A stretch of 64,000 bases of DNA from the human T2T-CHM13v2.0 reference genome, Homo sapiens, in assembly GCF_009914755.1 (NCBI RefSeq), contig NC_060925.1; one strand, given 5' to 3'. Of this stretch, positions 1 to 17,467 are shown in pieces. The notes beneath the pieces are model-generated. The model made no database searches, had not been told where the DNA came from, and was given only the letters and a program-made list of their open reading frames with translations. A program made the position numbers and the translations under genes. How positions within the stretch are numbered: the first letter of the stretch is position 1; the number at the start of each line of letters is the position of its first letter.

Positions 1-500
1 AAATGTTTAAGCTGAGTGTTGGAGAATAAATACAAATTCAGTAGGCAGAGAGCTCTCCATGAAGAGAATGCAGCCAACAGCAAAGGCACTGAGGCTCAAC
101 AGAGCAAAGTTTGCTTGAATGGAGGGAAGCAGGTCATCATGGCTGAAGCAGGATTTGAGGGGCTGGGAGAGCTGAGGCGGTGGGCAAAGGGGATAAAGAG
201 GTGTACAAAGCCACACGTGAAGGGGCTTGTTTGTCGCATGCAGAAACGTGAGTCTCCTGAGGGTCCTCCGCCAGCCCAAGCATGAGGTAGTCAGCTCAGT
301 GCTCCGGCCAGATAACCCAGGCTGTAGTACAGGCATGGACCCAGCGGAGGGACAGGCGGGACTGGAGAAAGGAAGAGGGATGGGTTCATGTGTGAGTCCA
401 GAAAGAGATGCTAAGGGCCCAACCATGACAGTAGCAGTGAGGATGGCAATGAGAAAATCAATGTGAGGGATAGGTAGGAGATAAAATCAATAAGACTTAG
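1..500 (-). mobile_element. LINE-2 (L2) fragment
   Basis: Degenerate purine-rich sequence resembling the antisense L2 3' region (gcaaaggcactgagg; gtagcagtgaggatgg; aaatcaataagactt). Confidence 0.6.
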
Positions 501-528
501 TGGGTTTTTTTTAATGGCTAATGCATGA

Positions 529-1044
<516 letters not shown>

Positions 1045-1060
1045 TAGAAATAACTTTCCT

Positions 1061-1195
1061 GGCCAGGCTCGGTGGCTCATGCCTGTAATCCCAAAACTCT
1101 GGCAGGCCGAGGCCACAGGATGACTTGAGGCCAGGAGTTTGAGACCAGCCTGGGCAACATAGTGAGACCACATCTCTAATAAATAAAAAAAAGAA
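1061..1195 (+). mobile_element. FLAM / Alu monomer
   Basis: Single left-arm-like monomer followed by an A-rich tail. Confidence 0.85.
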
Positions 1196-1653
1196 TAATC
1201 ATAAAATAAAAATTACCAAAAAAAGGACTTTTCACTTGAACATGTCTTATTTTCCCACAGGGAAAACTGAGAACTCAAAGAGAGCAATGATAGCATTTTA
1301 GACATCTTCATACCCACCCCATAGTTGTACGTACCATGGTGCCTTATACCTACCAGGTATCCAGTAAACAGCAATGGCTGGTTGACTGGTTGGTTGGTGT
1401 GTATCAGAAGGTGAGGAGACGGGTCAAAAGTCCTCCACTTAAAAAAAAAACACCTTTTTATTTTGGAATATTAGAGTTACAGGACAGCTGCAAAGATAAT
1501 GCAAAGGTTTCCTATACAGCCTCACCTCCACCTTTGAAAATTGGTGATGGTAGAAGAAAAATAACCCTGAACCAGTGTGCCCTTGGGCAGGTCACACCAC
1601 CTTAGCAGGCTCCAGTTTTATCACTGAAAGCAAGATAACAGGGTTCGCCTCAC

Positions 1654-2310
1654 TGTCTTAGTCAGCTTGAACTGCTATAACAAAATACCATAGCTGGGCA
1701 CGGTGGCTCACGCCTGTAATCCCAGCACTTCGGGAGGCCAAGGCGGGTGGATCACGAGGTCAGGAGATCGAGACCATCCTGGCTAACACGGTGAAACCCC
1801 GTCACTACTAAAAAAAATACACAAAAAAAATTAGCCGGGCGTGGTGGCGGGCACCTGTAGTCCCAGCTATTCAGGAGGCTGAGGCAGAAGAATGGTGTGA
1901 ACCCAGTAGGCGGAGCTTGCAGTGAGCTGAGATAGCACCACTGCACTCCAGCCTGGGCGATAGAGCGAGATTCTGTCTAAAAAAAAAAAAGAAAAAAATT
2001 CCGTAGACTAGGTGGCTTATAAACAATGGGTATTTATTCCTCACAGTCCTGGGGCCTGGGAAGTCCAAGGTCAAGGCTGTGGCAGATTGAGTGTCTGCTG
2101 AGGGCCTGCTTCCTGGCTCATAGAGGCCATCTTCTCGCTGTGTCCTCACATGGCAGAAGGGGCAAGAGAACTCTTTTAAAAGGGCACCAATCCTATTGAT
2201 GAGGGCTTCCACCCTCATGACCTAATTGCCTCCCAAAGGCTCCACTTCCAATGCCATCACACTGGGGGTTAGGTTTCAGCATAATCTGGGGAGGAGCACA
2301 GTCTGTAGCA
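1654..2310 (-). mobile_element. MaLR solo LTR (MLT1A-like) split by an AluY at ~1692-1997
   Basis: Termini tgtcttagtc... and ...gtctgtagca. Internal ctgggaagtccaaggtcaagg and ctcatgacctaattgcctcccaaagg are typical of MLT1A. The Alu has AluY diagnostics and a degraded TSD. Confidence 0.85.
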
Positions 2311-2645
2311 GCCGCCTCCACACTCTTCACCCATCACTGTAATAAAATCACTGAGAAGAGGTCAGGCAGTGCCGTGTTCTCTGGGTCTAGAGCCTCTCCA
2401 GGATCAGGTCCCTCAGCAGGCAGGCAGCTGCTCCCTGTCTGCCTCCTCGGTGCCAAATCTGGGCTGCCAGTGTGTCTTTCATTGCCACAGCCCCAGAACT
2501 AACATGAGGCTCAGCATACAGGAAGGTAGACAGATACTACTTGATGGAAAGAAGGAGAGTGCATTAACTAGGGACTGTCAAATACTAAACAGTCAATTGG
2601 GGGAGGGGGGTACAGAGTGAGGTCCTGGAATTCTAGAGTTGGGTC

Positions 2646-2978
2646 TGTAATCCCAGCACTTTGGGAGGCTGAGGCGGGTGGATCACGAGGTCAGGAGATC
2701 GAGACCATCCTGGCTAACACAGTGAAACCCCGTCTCTACTAAAAATACAAAAAATTAGCCAGGCGTGGTGGCAGTAGTCCCAGCTACTCCGGAGGCAGGA
2801 GAATGGTGTGAACCCAGGAGGCGGAGCTTGCAGTGAGCCGAGATCGCACCACTGCACTCCAGGCTGGGCGACAGAGGGAGACGCCGTCTCAAAAAAATAA
2901 AATAAAATAAAATAAAATAAAATAAAATAAAAAAATAATAAAATAAAATAAAATAAAATAAAATAAAATAAAATAAAA
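2646..2978 (+). mobile_element. 5'-trimmed AluY with expanded (TAAAA)n tail
   Basis: Contains gagatcgagaccatcctggctaacac. Pentamer tail at ~2891-2978. Confidence 0.9.
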
Positions 2979-3911
2979 TGATCTGTTAACACCCTCACTT
3001 GTTCACACAGTAGGACAGTAACTTGTCCAAGGTCAAATGCTACTAGGGGGCAGAATGGGGCCAAGTGCTTCTGTCACAGGGCAAGCTGCCCCTAATGTGC
3101 ATGGAGATCTAGTGACAGTATTGGGTGCCAGAAAGTCCCAGCTCTAAACAGTCCTTCTGCCAAGGGTGATAAAACCGTCAGGCTGCTGTAATCAGATCTG
3201 AGCCTGGAAACCAAGGGCTTTTTCCCCAGCAGCACCAGGAGTAACCTGAGATCCAAGCTCCCTGGGAGATATTCCCCACCCCTACGCTGGCTGCCCACTG
3301 CCCCATCTCTCTGTAACTGGCTCTGCAGGGAGGGATACCCCAGGCCAGAAGGGAAAACCCACGAAATGTGTGAAGGATGGGACATTGCCCATCCAGTACC
3401 CCTCCTGCCCCCTTCTCTTCAATTCCCAGCCTCAAATGCAGGCCAGAACCCAGGGCTCCACCCACCTCTGGGAGATGGGCAGAACCCAGCATGATGGGGC
3501 AGTGAGGGCTGCTCCCTCCTCCTCTCCCATCAGGAGTAATCATGGACCTCCCTCCTCTAAACTCTATTTGTGGCTCACGTTCTGCGTTTTCTGCTTTCAT
3601 CCTCCCTGACACGTCTATGCATGGTTGACTCACACCTGCTTTTTCTTTTCCACCTAAATTAAGTGGTCCTTAAGGGCAAGGGCCAGATTGCACTTGTCTT
3701 AGACCCCAGGTGGAGAGACCTCAGTAAACATGACATTTCTGAGGCTACTTGCAGTTTCCCACTTGCTTTCTAGAGTCTCCCTTCTTCCTGATTCTCTCCT
3801 CACTTCTGTTCTTCTTAGCAAGTTGATGTTTCTATGAGGAATGTGATTTAAAATCAAGAAACTACCAATACAAGGCCCCAATTGCCTGTGAGCTGGTTTA
3901 GTGGTCCCAGA

Positions 3912-4208
3912 TATTTATTTATTTTTTTGAGACGAAGTTTTGCTCTGTCATCCAGGCTGGAGTATAGTGGCATGATCCCGGCTCACTGCAACCTCCACCT
4001 CCTGGGTTGTGATTCTCCTGCCTCAGCCTCCCCAGCGGCTGGGACCACAGGTGCACACCACCAAGCCCAGCTAATTTTTTGTATTGTTTTGTAGAGACAA
4101 GGTTTCGCCATGTTGCCCAGGCTGGTCTCGAACTCCTGAGCTCAAGCAATCTGCCCACCTTGGCCTCCGAAAGTGCCAGGACTACAGGTGTGAACCACCG
4201 TGCTTGGC
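3912..4208 (-). mobile_element. Alu (J/S)
   Basis: Full dimer. TSD tggtcccag at 3902-3910 and 4211-4219. Confidence 0.92.
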
Positions 4209-4605
4209 TTTGGTCCCAGTTGTTTAAAATGTGTGCTAGAAACGCTCCTCTGTGCCCCTGAGCTTCCTGTTCCTTAAGAACTTCCAGGCTCCTTTTGTGT
4301 GCCCTGTTGAGTGTCAGGACTGAAACCATTCACACATGTGAGGAGGACAGCTCCTGTTCCCAGGGAGAAAGGATGAATGCACCTGTGAGCCAGATTCTAG
4401 GTGTTGGTACCACAGACAGGCTGACCCTGATGATTGACTGGTGGTTCTTTTTACTTCTCACATCATCCTTAACACCCACCTGCACACCAAAAGCCTCTGG
4501 GCCAGGCCTTTAACTCTGTTTCAATGTGGGAGAGATTAGAGAAGATGCATGTATATACAAGATACACAGTTCTGAACTTGCATTGGAAATATCAATATAA
4601 ACTCA

Positions 4606-4887
<282 letters not shown>

Positions 4888-5465
4888 CTAAAACCAATGA
4901 CCAACTCAGTAACAACAAACACTTCTGATGGCCATGGTATTTATGGTCTCTAAATCTCATTTCCATAAGAAGCAACCAAAGACCCTTAGAAGAAATAGCT
5001 CATTCCAGGTCTGTGGCAGTAAAAATACAAGCTAATCCTGCACATCCAGTCATGCCAGAAAGCAAAGAAGCTTTGAAAGATCACTTAGTGAAGACTGCAG
5101 TGAGCCATGAACGCACCACTGCACTCCAGTCTGGGCAACAGAGCAAGACTGACTTCAAAACACAACAAAACAAAGACCATTTAGGATTGTGTCAAAGGAC
5201 TCAGAAATCAACTTGAAGAGGCTCCCACTGGCCAAAGATGGGGACAATTTGAACATGAATAAGGATAACAACTGCAAAGGATTTAAACACAACAAATATG
5301 TTTAAATCCATGAAAACATCATGAAACTAAGGAAGAAACCTCTGCCATCATCAGGGGATGCTAGGGAATCAATTCATTATTTTGAAAACTGGTGCGTGGC
5401 TGGGCGCAGTGGCTCATGCCTGCAATCCCAGCATTTTGGGAGGCCAAAGCATGTGGGTCACCTCA

Positions 5466-6635
<1,170 letters not shown>

Positions 6636-7948
6636 TTTTACAACCCCTGTGAAATAATGGATCTAAGTAAAGTTATCAATGACTGCAAACACCGAAAACA
6701 GAAGACAACCACTGGCCTGGGCTACTTTGTGAGACCCCGTCTCTACAAAAAAATACAAAAATTAGCCAAGCAGGCCGGGTGCGGTGGCTCAGGCCTGTAA
6801 TCCCAGCACTCTGGGAGGCCGAGGTAGGCAGACCACCTGAGGTCAGGAGTTCGAGATCAGCCTCACCAACATGGTGAAACCCCATCTCTATCAAAAATAC
6901 AAAAATTAGCTGGGCATGGTGGCGAGCGTTTGAACCTGGGAGGCGGAGGTTGCAGTGAGCCTAGATCACGCCATGGCACTCCAGCCTGGGTGACAAGAGC
7001 GAAACTTCGTCTAAAAAAAAAATTAGCCAAGAGTGGTGGTGCACACCTGCAGTCCCACCTGCTCAGAAGGCTGAGATGGGAGGATCACCTGGCCCCAGGA
7101 GGTCGTGGCTGCAGTGAGCCACCACTCCAGCCTGGGTGACAGAGTGAGACCCTGTCCCAATAAAAGAAAAAAAAAAGCCCAACAGTATATGCTCCCTTAT
7201 ATGGAAGTACAAATCTATTAAGTATTCTTGCAAAAACAAACAAACCAAATCTGTTGTCTCTGACTTTAATTACCAGTTTACAGAAAATACAGGGGCAGTA
7301 AAAAAAATTTACCATGGGAATACAGATGGTCTAACAGAAACTCCGTTTAACAAGTAAAGAAAAAATAATCGAGGACATACCTTTGGATTAAAAGATTACA
7401 AGAGAAATGGGCACGGTGGCTGAAGCCTGTAATCCCAGCAATTTGGGAGGCCAAGGCAGGTGGATCATATGAGGCCAGGAGTTCGAGACCAGCCTGTCCA
7501 CAACGTGGTGAAACCCCGTCTCTACTAAAAATACAAAAAAATTAGCCGGGCGTGCTGGCAGGCACCTGTAATCCCAGCTATTTGGAAGGCTGAAGCAGGA
7601 GAATCGCTTGAACCCAGGAGACGGAGGTTGCAGTGACCGAGATCGAGTCACTGCACTCCAGCCTGGGTGACAGAGTGAGACTCCTTCTCAAAACAAACAA
7701 AAAAAGATTACAAGAGGATTTAATAACAAGATTACAAGAGGATTTAAGAGACATATCAGCCCGTGGCAATGTATGGAATTTATTCAGATTCCAATTTGAA
7801 AAAAACTATACCCCCAAACATTTATGAGGCCGGGAAATGTAAACGGTGACTGGATATTTGCTTATCTTAAAGAATTACTATTCTTAGGTATCATCATGGT
7901 AGCGTGACTACTTAAAAAAAAAAAGTCCTGGCCGGGCTTGGTGGCTCA

Positions 7949-8212
<264 letters not shown>

Positions 8213-8465
8213 TCAAAAAAAAAAAAAAAAGAAAAAAAAAGTCCTTATCTTTTAGAGATATATTCTGAAATATTTCCTAATGAAATATGCTATCTGAAAT
8301 TTGCTTCAATGTTATGTAAGAGGAATGTACAGAAGTATTGATGAAACAATGTTGACCATGAGCTGGTAATTGCTGAAGATGAATGATGAGTACATTGGCA
8401 TTCTTTATACTCTTCTCTCTGCTTTTGTAGGTATTTAACATCTCCATGACAAAAAGTTTAAAACA

Positions 8466-11605
<3,140 letters not shown>

Positions 11606-11791
11606 TAGAACATTTTTTTAAAATAGGTAAAACAAGCCCTTGCACAGGTTATTAACGGAACTGAACTCTTGGGAATTTAAGGAACTGGAAGGCCAGTCGA
11701 GGTTGGAGGCATCGGGGAGATGGCAGGGCAGGGAAGACTCTGAGTTTGACCGGACCTGGCACGAGGGTGGAGGAGAGGGGAAGGGGCATGA

Positions 11792-12210
<419 letters not shown>

Positions 12211-12486
12211 CTACTCAGGGGTCTTTTAGAAGGAAAATGCCACCATTGCCCCACACTTCAGACTCTTTCTGACCCCCTCTCCCCAACTCCGAAACCCCCC
12301 AGTCCAAGGTGCAGCACAACCCCCCACAATTGGCAATTGACACAAAGAGTGCTGGTCTATGCCTCCACCTGCTGGTGGCCACTGGGAAGTGAAGCTGTCA
12401 AAAGCCAAAGGGCTCCCTGAACTGAGAGTTAAGAATGTTGTAGAAAGATCAGGTCTTTCCCCCTCCTAAAAGAAACACATGCCAAT

Positions 12487-13868
12487 AAACATATAAGAAA
12501 GCCTTTAATTTTGTCACCATAAACATTATACTCTGATTGCTCACTTACAGTATAAAATATTCACCCCGCTAAATAAATAAGACGACATTATTGCAAACGG
12601 CACTTAAACCCCCCCTGAGAGATAAGACCTCCCTTAGCTCAGGCAGGGGGTGCTCCTGAGTTTCTGTGTGAGATTCCCCAAGCACAGATATACTCTGGGG
12701 GCTGAGATGGACAAAGGCTTGGGAAACCGCACTTTGTGCTTCTGGTCCTGCAGTAGCTCCAAACAGGGTTGTGGAGCTGGTGGGGAAAGTTGGGGGTAGG
12801 GGAAAGTTGGGGGTAGGGGAAATTTTGGGCAGTGCCTTCATCAGCCCAGTCCTAGAGAGAGTAGAGGGGAGTGGAAGTGGGGGGAACCAGGCTGGGCCAA
12901 GAGAAGAGGGGTGGTTAGGGAAGCCGTTGAGACCTGAAGCCCCACCCTCTACCTTCCTTCAACACCCTAACCTTGGGTAACAGCATTTGGAATTATCATT
13001 TGGGATGAGTAGAATTTCCAAGGTCCTGGGTTAGGCATTTTGGGGGGCCAGACCCCAGGAGAAGAAGATTCTGGCAATGATCAGCCCAATGACCAGCTAT
13101 CTCAGGGGACCTGATTGTTGGGGATCCCCCACCCTACCCAAATATTAGACACCAACACAGAAAAGCTAGCAATGGATTCCCTTCTACTTTGTTAAATAAA
13201 TAAGTTAAATATTTAAATGCCTGTGTCTCTGTGATGGCAACAGAAGGACCAACAGGCCACATCCTGATAAAAGGTAAGAGGGGGGTGGATCAGCAAAAAG
13301 ACAGTGCTGTGGGCTGAGGGGACCTGGTTCTTGTGTGTTGCCCCTCAGGACTCTTCCCCTACAAATAACTTTCATATGTTCAAATCCCATGGAGGAGTGT
13401 TTCATCCTAGAAACTCCCATGCAAGAGCTACATTAAACGAAGCTGCAGGTTAAGGGGCTTAGAGATGGGAAACCAGGTGACTGAGTTTATTCAGCTCCCA
13501 AAAACCCTTCTCTAGGTGTGTCTCAACTAGGAGGCTAGCTGTTAACCCTGAGCCTGGGTAATCCACCTGCAGAGTCCCCGCATTCCAGTGCATGGAGCCC
13601 TTCTGGCCTCCCTGTATAAGTCCAGACTGAAACCCCCTTGGAAGGCCTCCAGTCAGGCAGCCCTAGAGACTGGGGAGAGAGGAGAGGGACGCCCCAGCCC
13701 CCAGCTGTGCAGCTACGCACCTCAGCAGCACAGGGTGGCAGCAGAGAGCCACATTACTTTGGCAGCAACAGAAACTGGCGGCCAGCCCGGCAGCCCCATG
13801 GGGCTAACAGGAGCGGGGAGCTGGGACCCAGTGAGGCAGGCCCTCCACCCCAATGTGCTGGAAGTTTT
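12487..13868 (-). other. SLC45A3: SLC45A3 3'UTR (~1.4 kb)
   Basis: Unique sequence with no recognisable interspersed repeat between the stop codon and the ATTAAA signal. Contains AU-rich and C-rich tracts. Confidence 0.85.
12504..12509 (-). terminator. Polyadenylation signal ATTAAA with downstream GU/U-rich element
   Basis: Minus strand reads acaaaATTAAAggctttcttatatgttt, followed by atgtgtttctttt. Confidence 0.8.
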
Positions 13869-14306
13869 CTACGCTGAGTATTTGGCCAAGTCGCTCTTGT
13901 CAAATACTACCTGTGTAGCAAAGTAAATGGCGACCAGACCCAGGCCTGCGGCAGACACCATATAGGCAGTGACAGACTGGCTGAGCTGGACAATGGAGCC
14001 CATAAACAGGGATGGGGCCACCTGGGACAGCAGGAAGGCACTATCCAGGATGGCGAGGTCCAGGCAGATGCCCCGGCCCGGAACCACCCTGGCCTCGGTG
14101 GGCTCACCCACCACCACACGTACGGAGACATCACAGGCAGAGGCCCCGCAGAGCGCGGGTGGAGGTGGGAGCAGGCCACTGCCTCCAGCACCCACGTGTC
14201 CATTAGGGAAGGGAGCTCCAGGCTTAGGGCCTGGCAGGAAGCTGGTCATCAGGCTGTCCTCACTGCTAGCACCTCCAGTGTCCCCTCGGTATTTGGGCAG
14301 GAACAC
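13869..14306 (-). CDS. SLC45A3: SLC45A3 exon 5 coding part (145 aa plus TAG)
   Basis: Acceptor cctctgccttag|GTG TTC. Reads VFLPKYRG...DLAKYSA*, phase 0, bringing the total to 553 aa. Confidence 0.97.
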   Translation of the reverse strand: MFLPKYRGDTGGASSEDSLMTSFLPGPKPGAPFPNGHVGAGGSGLLPPPPALCGASACDVSVRVVVGEPTEARVVPGRGICLDLAILDSAFLLSQVAPSLFMGSIVQLSQSVTAYMVSAAGLGLVAIYFATQVVFDKSDLAKYSA

Positions 14307-16495
14307 CTAAGGCAGAGGGGTGAAGAAAAGGGGAAGAGGACAGGTGTGTACCCAGCACTGGCACCACCCCAGCTGTGAGAACAGACCCTTGCCTCCATCC
14401 CAGGGGCAATGGGACTTCATGAGAATCAGGAGCAGGAGAGAAGATGGAGACCCTACTTGGTCCAAGTCTAACCAGGACCCTTCCTCAGGAGTGGGAGAAG
14501 GGTAACGGGGTAGGGCGGGGACAAATGTGAACCCAGAAGTCTAGGTCTCCTCTAGCCTCTTAGAACAGGTAAGAGGCAGACAAACTCAATATCACAGATC
14601 AGAGAGAACAGAGCTCCAAGGTAAGGAAAAGACACAGGGGGAATGAAGACGGTGGTAAGAGATGCACAGAACAGAGGAACAAAAGCCAAGGCAGGGCCCC
14701 TGATGGCCCAAACCCCACGCAGGCTCTCCTAACCTTCCTTCCTGCCTGCCCTCCACTCCGACATCTGGAAATCCTCATTGCCCGGTGCAGAGAAGCTCTG
14801 CCTCTCTGGGGTCCCAGATGCCACTAGGGTAGCTGCCCTGCCATGAGCTCCCTTGTCCCCAGCCTTGGGGCAGGGAGAATCCAGTAGACCCCAAGCAGGA
14901 GGAATGTCCCTCTTCCCACCTCCCCCAGCCCCAGCTGTGCTAATGTTGAAGGCTTCTCACTTCCTTCCTGCTGTCTGACTTAGATCAGAGTGACTGGTCG
15001 ACCACCATCCCCCCAACCCCTGCCCTTGATGGCCCAGAGCCTCCTATTTAAGGACAAGGCCAGGTCTTATCCAACATTGTCCCCATGCCAGAAGAGTTGA
15101 GTTGGCTGCATTTGCGAGGTGGGAGCCATGGCAGAGCTCAAACCTGACACCAGGGAAGCCCACGGCTCACCATGCAGCTCAACAAGTGGGCAAAGGAACA
15201 GGCAGACAGCGTGCAGTGCCAAGTCTGCCATCAGCTGCTGTTAGGAAGGGGCCTCCCAGGACTTCTCCTCCCTGCCTGCCACCCCAGGAATGTCCGCTGA
15301 GGTTGGAGTCTGGAGTGGTCCGAGGACAGACATGCTCCTCCATCTGGAGAAGATGGCTAGCCCCAGAACGTTCCCTGGCACGACAGCACATACTCAGGCC
15401 TGGCCGCTGATGCCAGCCCCCTGCCCCCAGCCCAGGCAAGCAGAAGAGTGAAGGCTGAAGAAGGTTATCAGTGGGCTAACAGGGGTCTCAGGGACCAGGC
15501 TCCCCCAACCAAAACCTTAGCCCCTCCCCTCCATACCTCTCACCCCTGCAGCTACCTACTCAGTTAACCAGCCTCTCAGCTACGAACTTACCTACTCCTC
15601 TCCTCAAGTGCTACGAGACGCAGGGGCAGGTCTTCCCTACAGTCTGAGAGCTCTATGAGAGCAGTCCTGCATCTCCTCCTCCCTTGGGACACCCCAACTT
15701 CATGCCCCTCAAGGCAGAGTCCAGCACCCAGGTTTGTAGCTCAGTGAGGTCAGTGGAGGGGACAAGGATGACCACACTACCTGGGTTAGGTGGCTTCCCA
15801 AGGAAAGGGGCCCCTGGAGGGGCTGGTTAGTGTAGGGCCAACCAAGAAGGAGGTCCCCACAACTTACACAGTGCCCAAGTGAGTGGGTCAGGTGTCAAGC
15901 TCAGATATCTGCCACAGGGGAAGGGGAAGGGGAAGGAGAAAGGGAAGGAGGCAAAGGAGGGATGCAGGAAAAGAAAAGGGAATTAGACAGAAAAGAAAAA
16001 TAAGCCAGAAAGAAAGGGGGTAGGAAGGAGCCTGCCCCATCTCAGAGACCAGAGTAGGATACAGGCTAAGTCAGGTTGCTGCTCCCTGAAGAAAGGTGTT
16101 GCTAAGGCTGGACCATTCCCACTCCCGTCTGCTGAGGCTGAATGGCCCAGGGGTCATCTGATTCAGCGCCCTGCCTCTCCATAGAACAACCAGCCTAGAA
16201 GCCTAGGGCTCCTGCTGGCCTGACCCTTCGGGATTCCCACTATCGTATTTTGCATTTCCTGCAATCATCCATTCAAGTGCTACACAGTCCTGACCCCAGG
16301 AAGTCATTCCCAGAATCTAATCTACACTGTTCTGCAGCCCAAGCCTCTGGCCCTGGGGCTAGGATAAGCTTCTTCTCTGATTCAAAGAAGCATTCTCCAG
16401 AGTTGCTTGCCAGATACCAGGTTCTGAGCTAGTTGGCCTCCCAAAAACCCAGACCACCCCTCCCACCCTGACTCCACCCACTGGCCAATGAGTAC

Positions 16496-16761
16496 CTGCT
16501 TCTCCCGGTGGTAGAGGGAGGCCAGTGTGTAGGGCAGGATCTGCAGGGCTGAGAAGGTGAACCCGGTGAGGGCGGCTGAAGCTGTCACCACGGCCACACT
16601 GTGGGACAGGCATGTGGCACCGGCAGCCACAGGGAAAGCTGCCACACTGGCCAAATAGACTGCTCGAGTGCCGAATCGCTGCACCAGCCGGTCCATGACC
16701 AGAGAGAAGACCAGGGAGATGGCGCACTGCAGGAACAGCCCCAGGCTGCCCATCCGAACGC
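16496..16761 (-). CDS. SLC45A3: SLC45A3 exon 4 (266 nt)
   Basis: Acceptor cctctccctctgcag|GC and donor AAG CAG|GTACTC. Reads GVRMGSLGLFLQ...SLYHREKQ in frame. Confidence 0.97.
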
Positions 16762-17467
16762 CTGCAGAGGGAGAGGGGCCATCAGACAGAGCCTGGGAGG
16801 GAAGGGTCGGAGCAGTCTCAGGGAGATGAGAAGGCGGAACCACAGGTACCTGCTGCACGAGACCTGCTGTGGACCAGCCCTGCTCCCCAGCACCCTTCCC
16901 CTTTCTACCTCTAGCAATGGGAGTCTAGGTTCTTCCACTGACCCTCAGAGAATGTGGGCAACGCCCCTTGCTGAAGGCAGAGGAAGGTAGTCTGAAGGTT
17001 TCCTGGGAGTCTCAGCTGTGAGGACAGGCGGGTGAGAGGGAACACAAAGACAGCTGGCCATAGGCTTCAAGACGCTTCTAGGACGCCTGAGCTGGAAGGC
17101 GCTGGTGAGATTATTTGGAAAGTCGTTGGGGGAGCAGAGGGCACACTGCGGCTGGAACCAGGCAGATCTGAAATCCAGCCTTAACTCCTCCACTCCCTCT
17201 AGACTTTGAATAAGCTCCGCCTTTCCTTCTGTCAAACTGGGGCAACGACTCTGATCAGACTCCTAGAGCAGCCGGAGGCCTTCCTGAAACCGCAAGCAGA
17301 GATGTTCCACACCCATGAGAAGCCGTGTATGCAGATGGGGTCCATCCCCACTTTCCTGACAGAGAAGTCGGGGCCAGGATGGAGAGGCACCAGCCCAGAC
17401 ACAGCCCCGAGTGTCGTCTCTGGTGGGCGGCTCCCACACCAGCCTCTGCTGGCTGCCAAGGCCTTAC

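Noticed and set aside
3038-3054. CTCF-like gctactagggggcaga
   Set aside because: Mismatch at the near-invariant second C of the core, and it lies in a MIR-like fragment.
7702-7747. Tandem duplicate of aagattacaagaggatttaa
   Set aside because: A small slippage duplication next to an Alu TSD, with no sign of function.
12484-12489. Plus-strand AATAAA overlapping the SLC45A3 3' end
   Set aside because: No evidence of a plus-strand transcript. It is probably the complement of U-rich 3'-end elements.
13907-14203. 98-aa alternative-frame ORF within exon 5
   Set aside because: An internal ATG far from the cap, with a length unremarkable for GC-rich sequence.
15916-16030. Polypurine (GGGGAA-like) tract in intron 4
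   Set aside because: Short and imperfect. Such low-complexity tracts are common.
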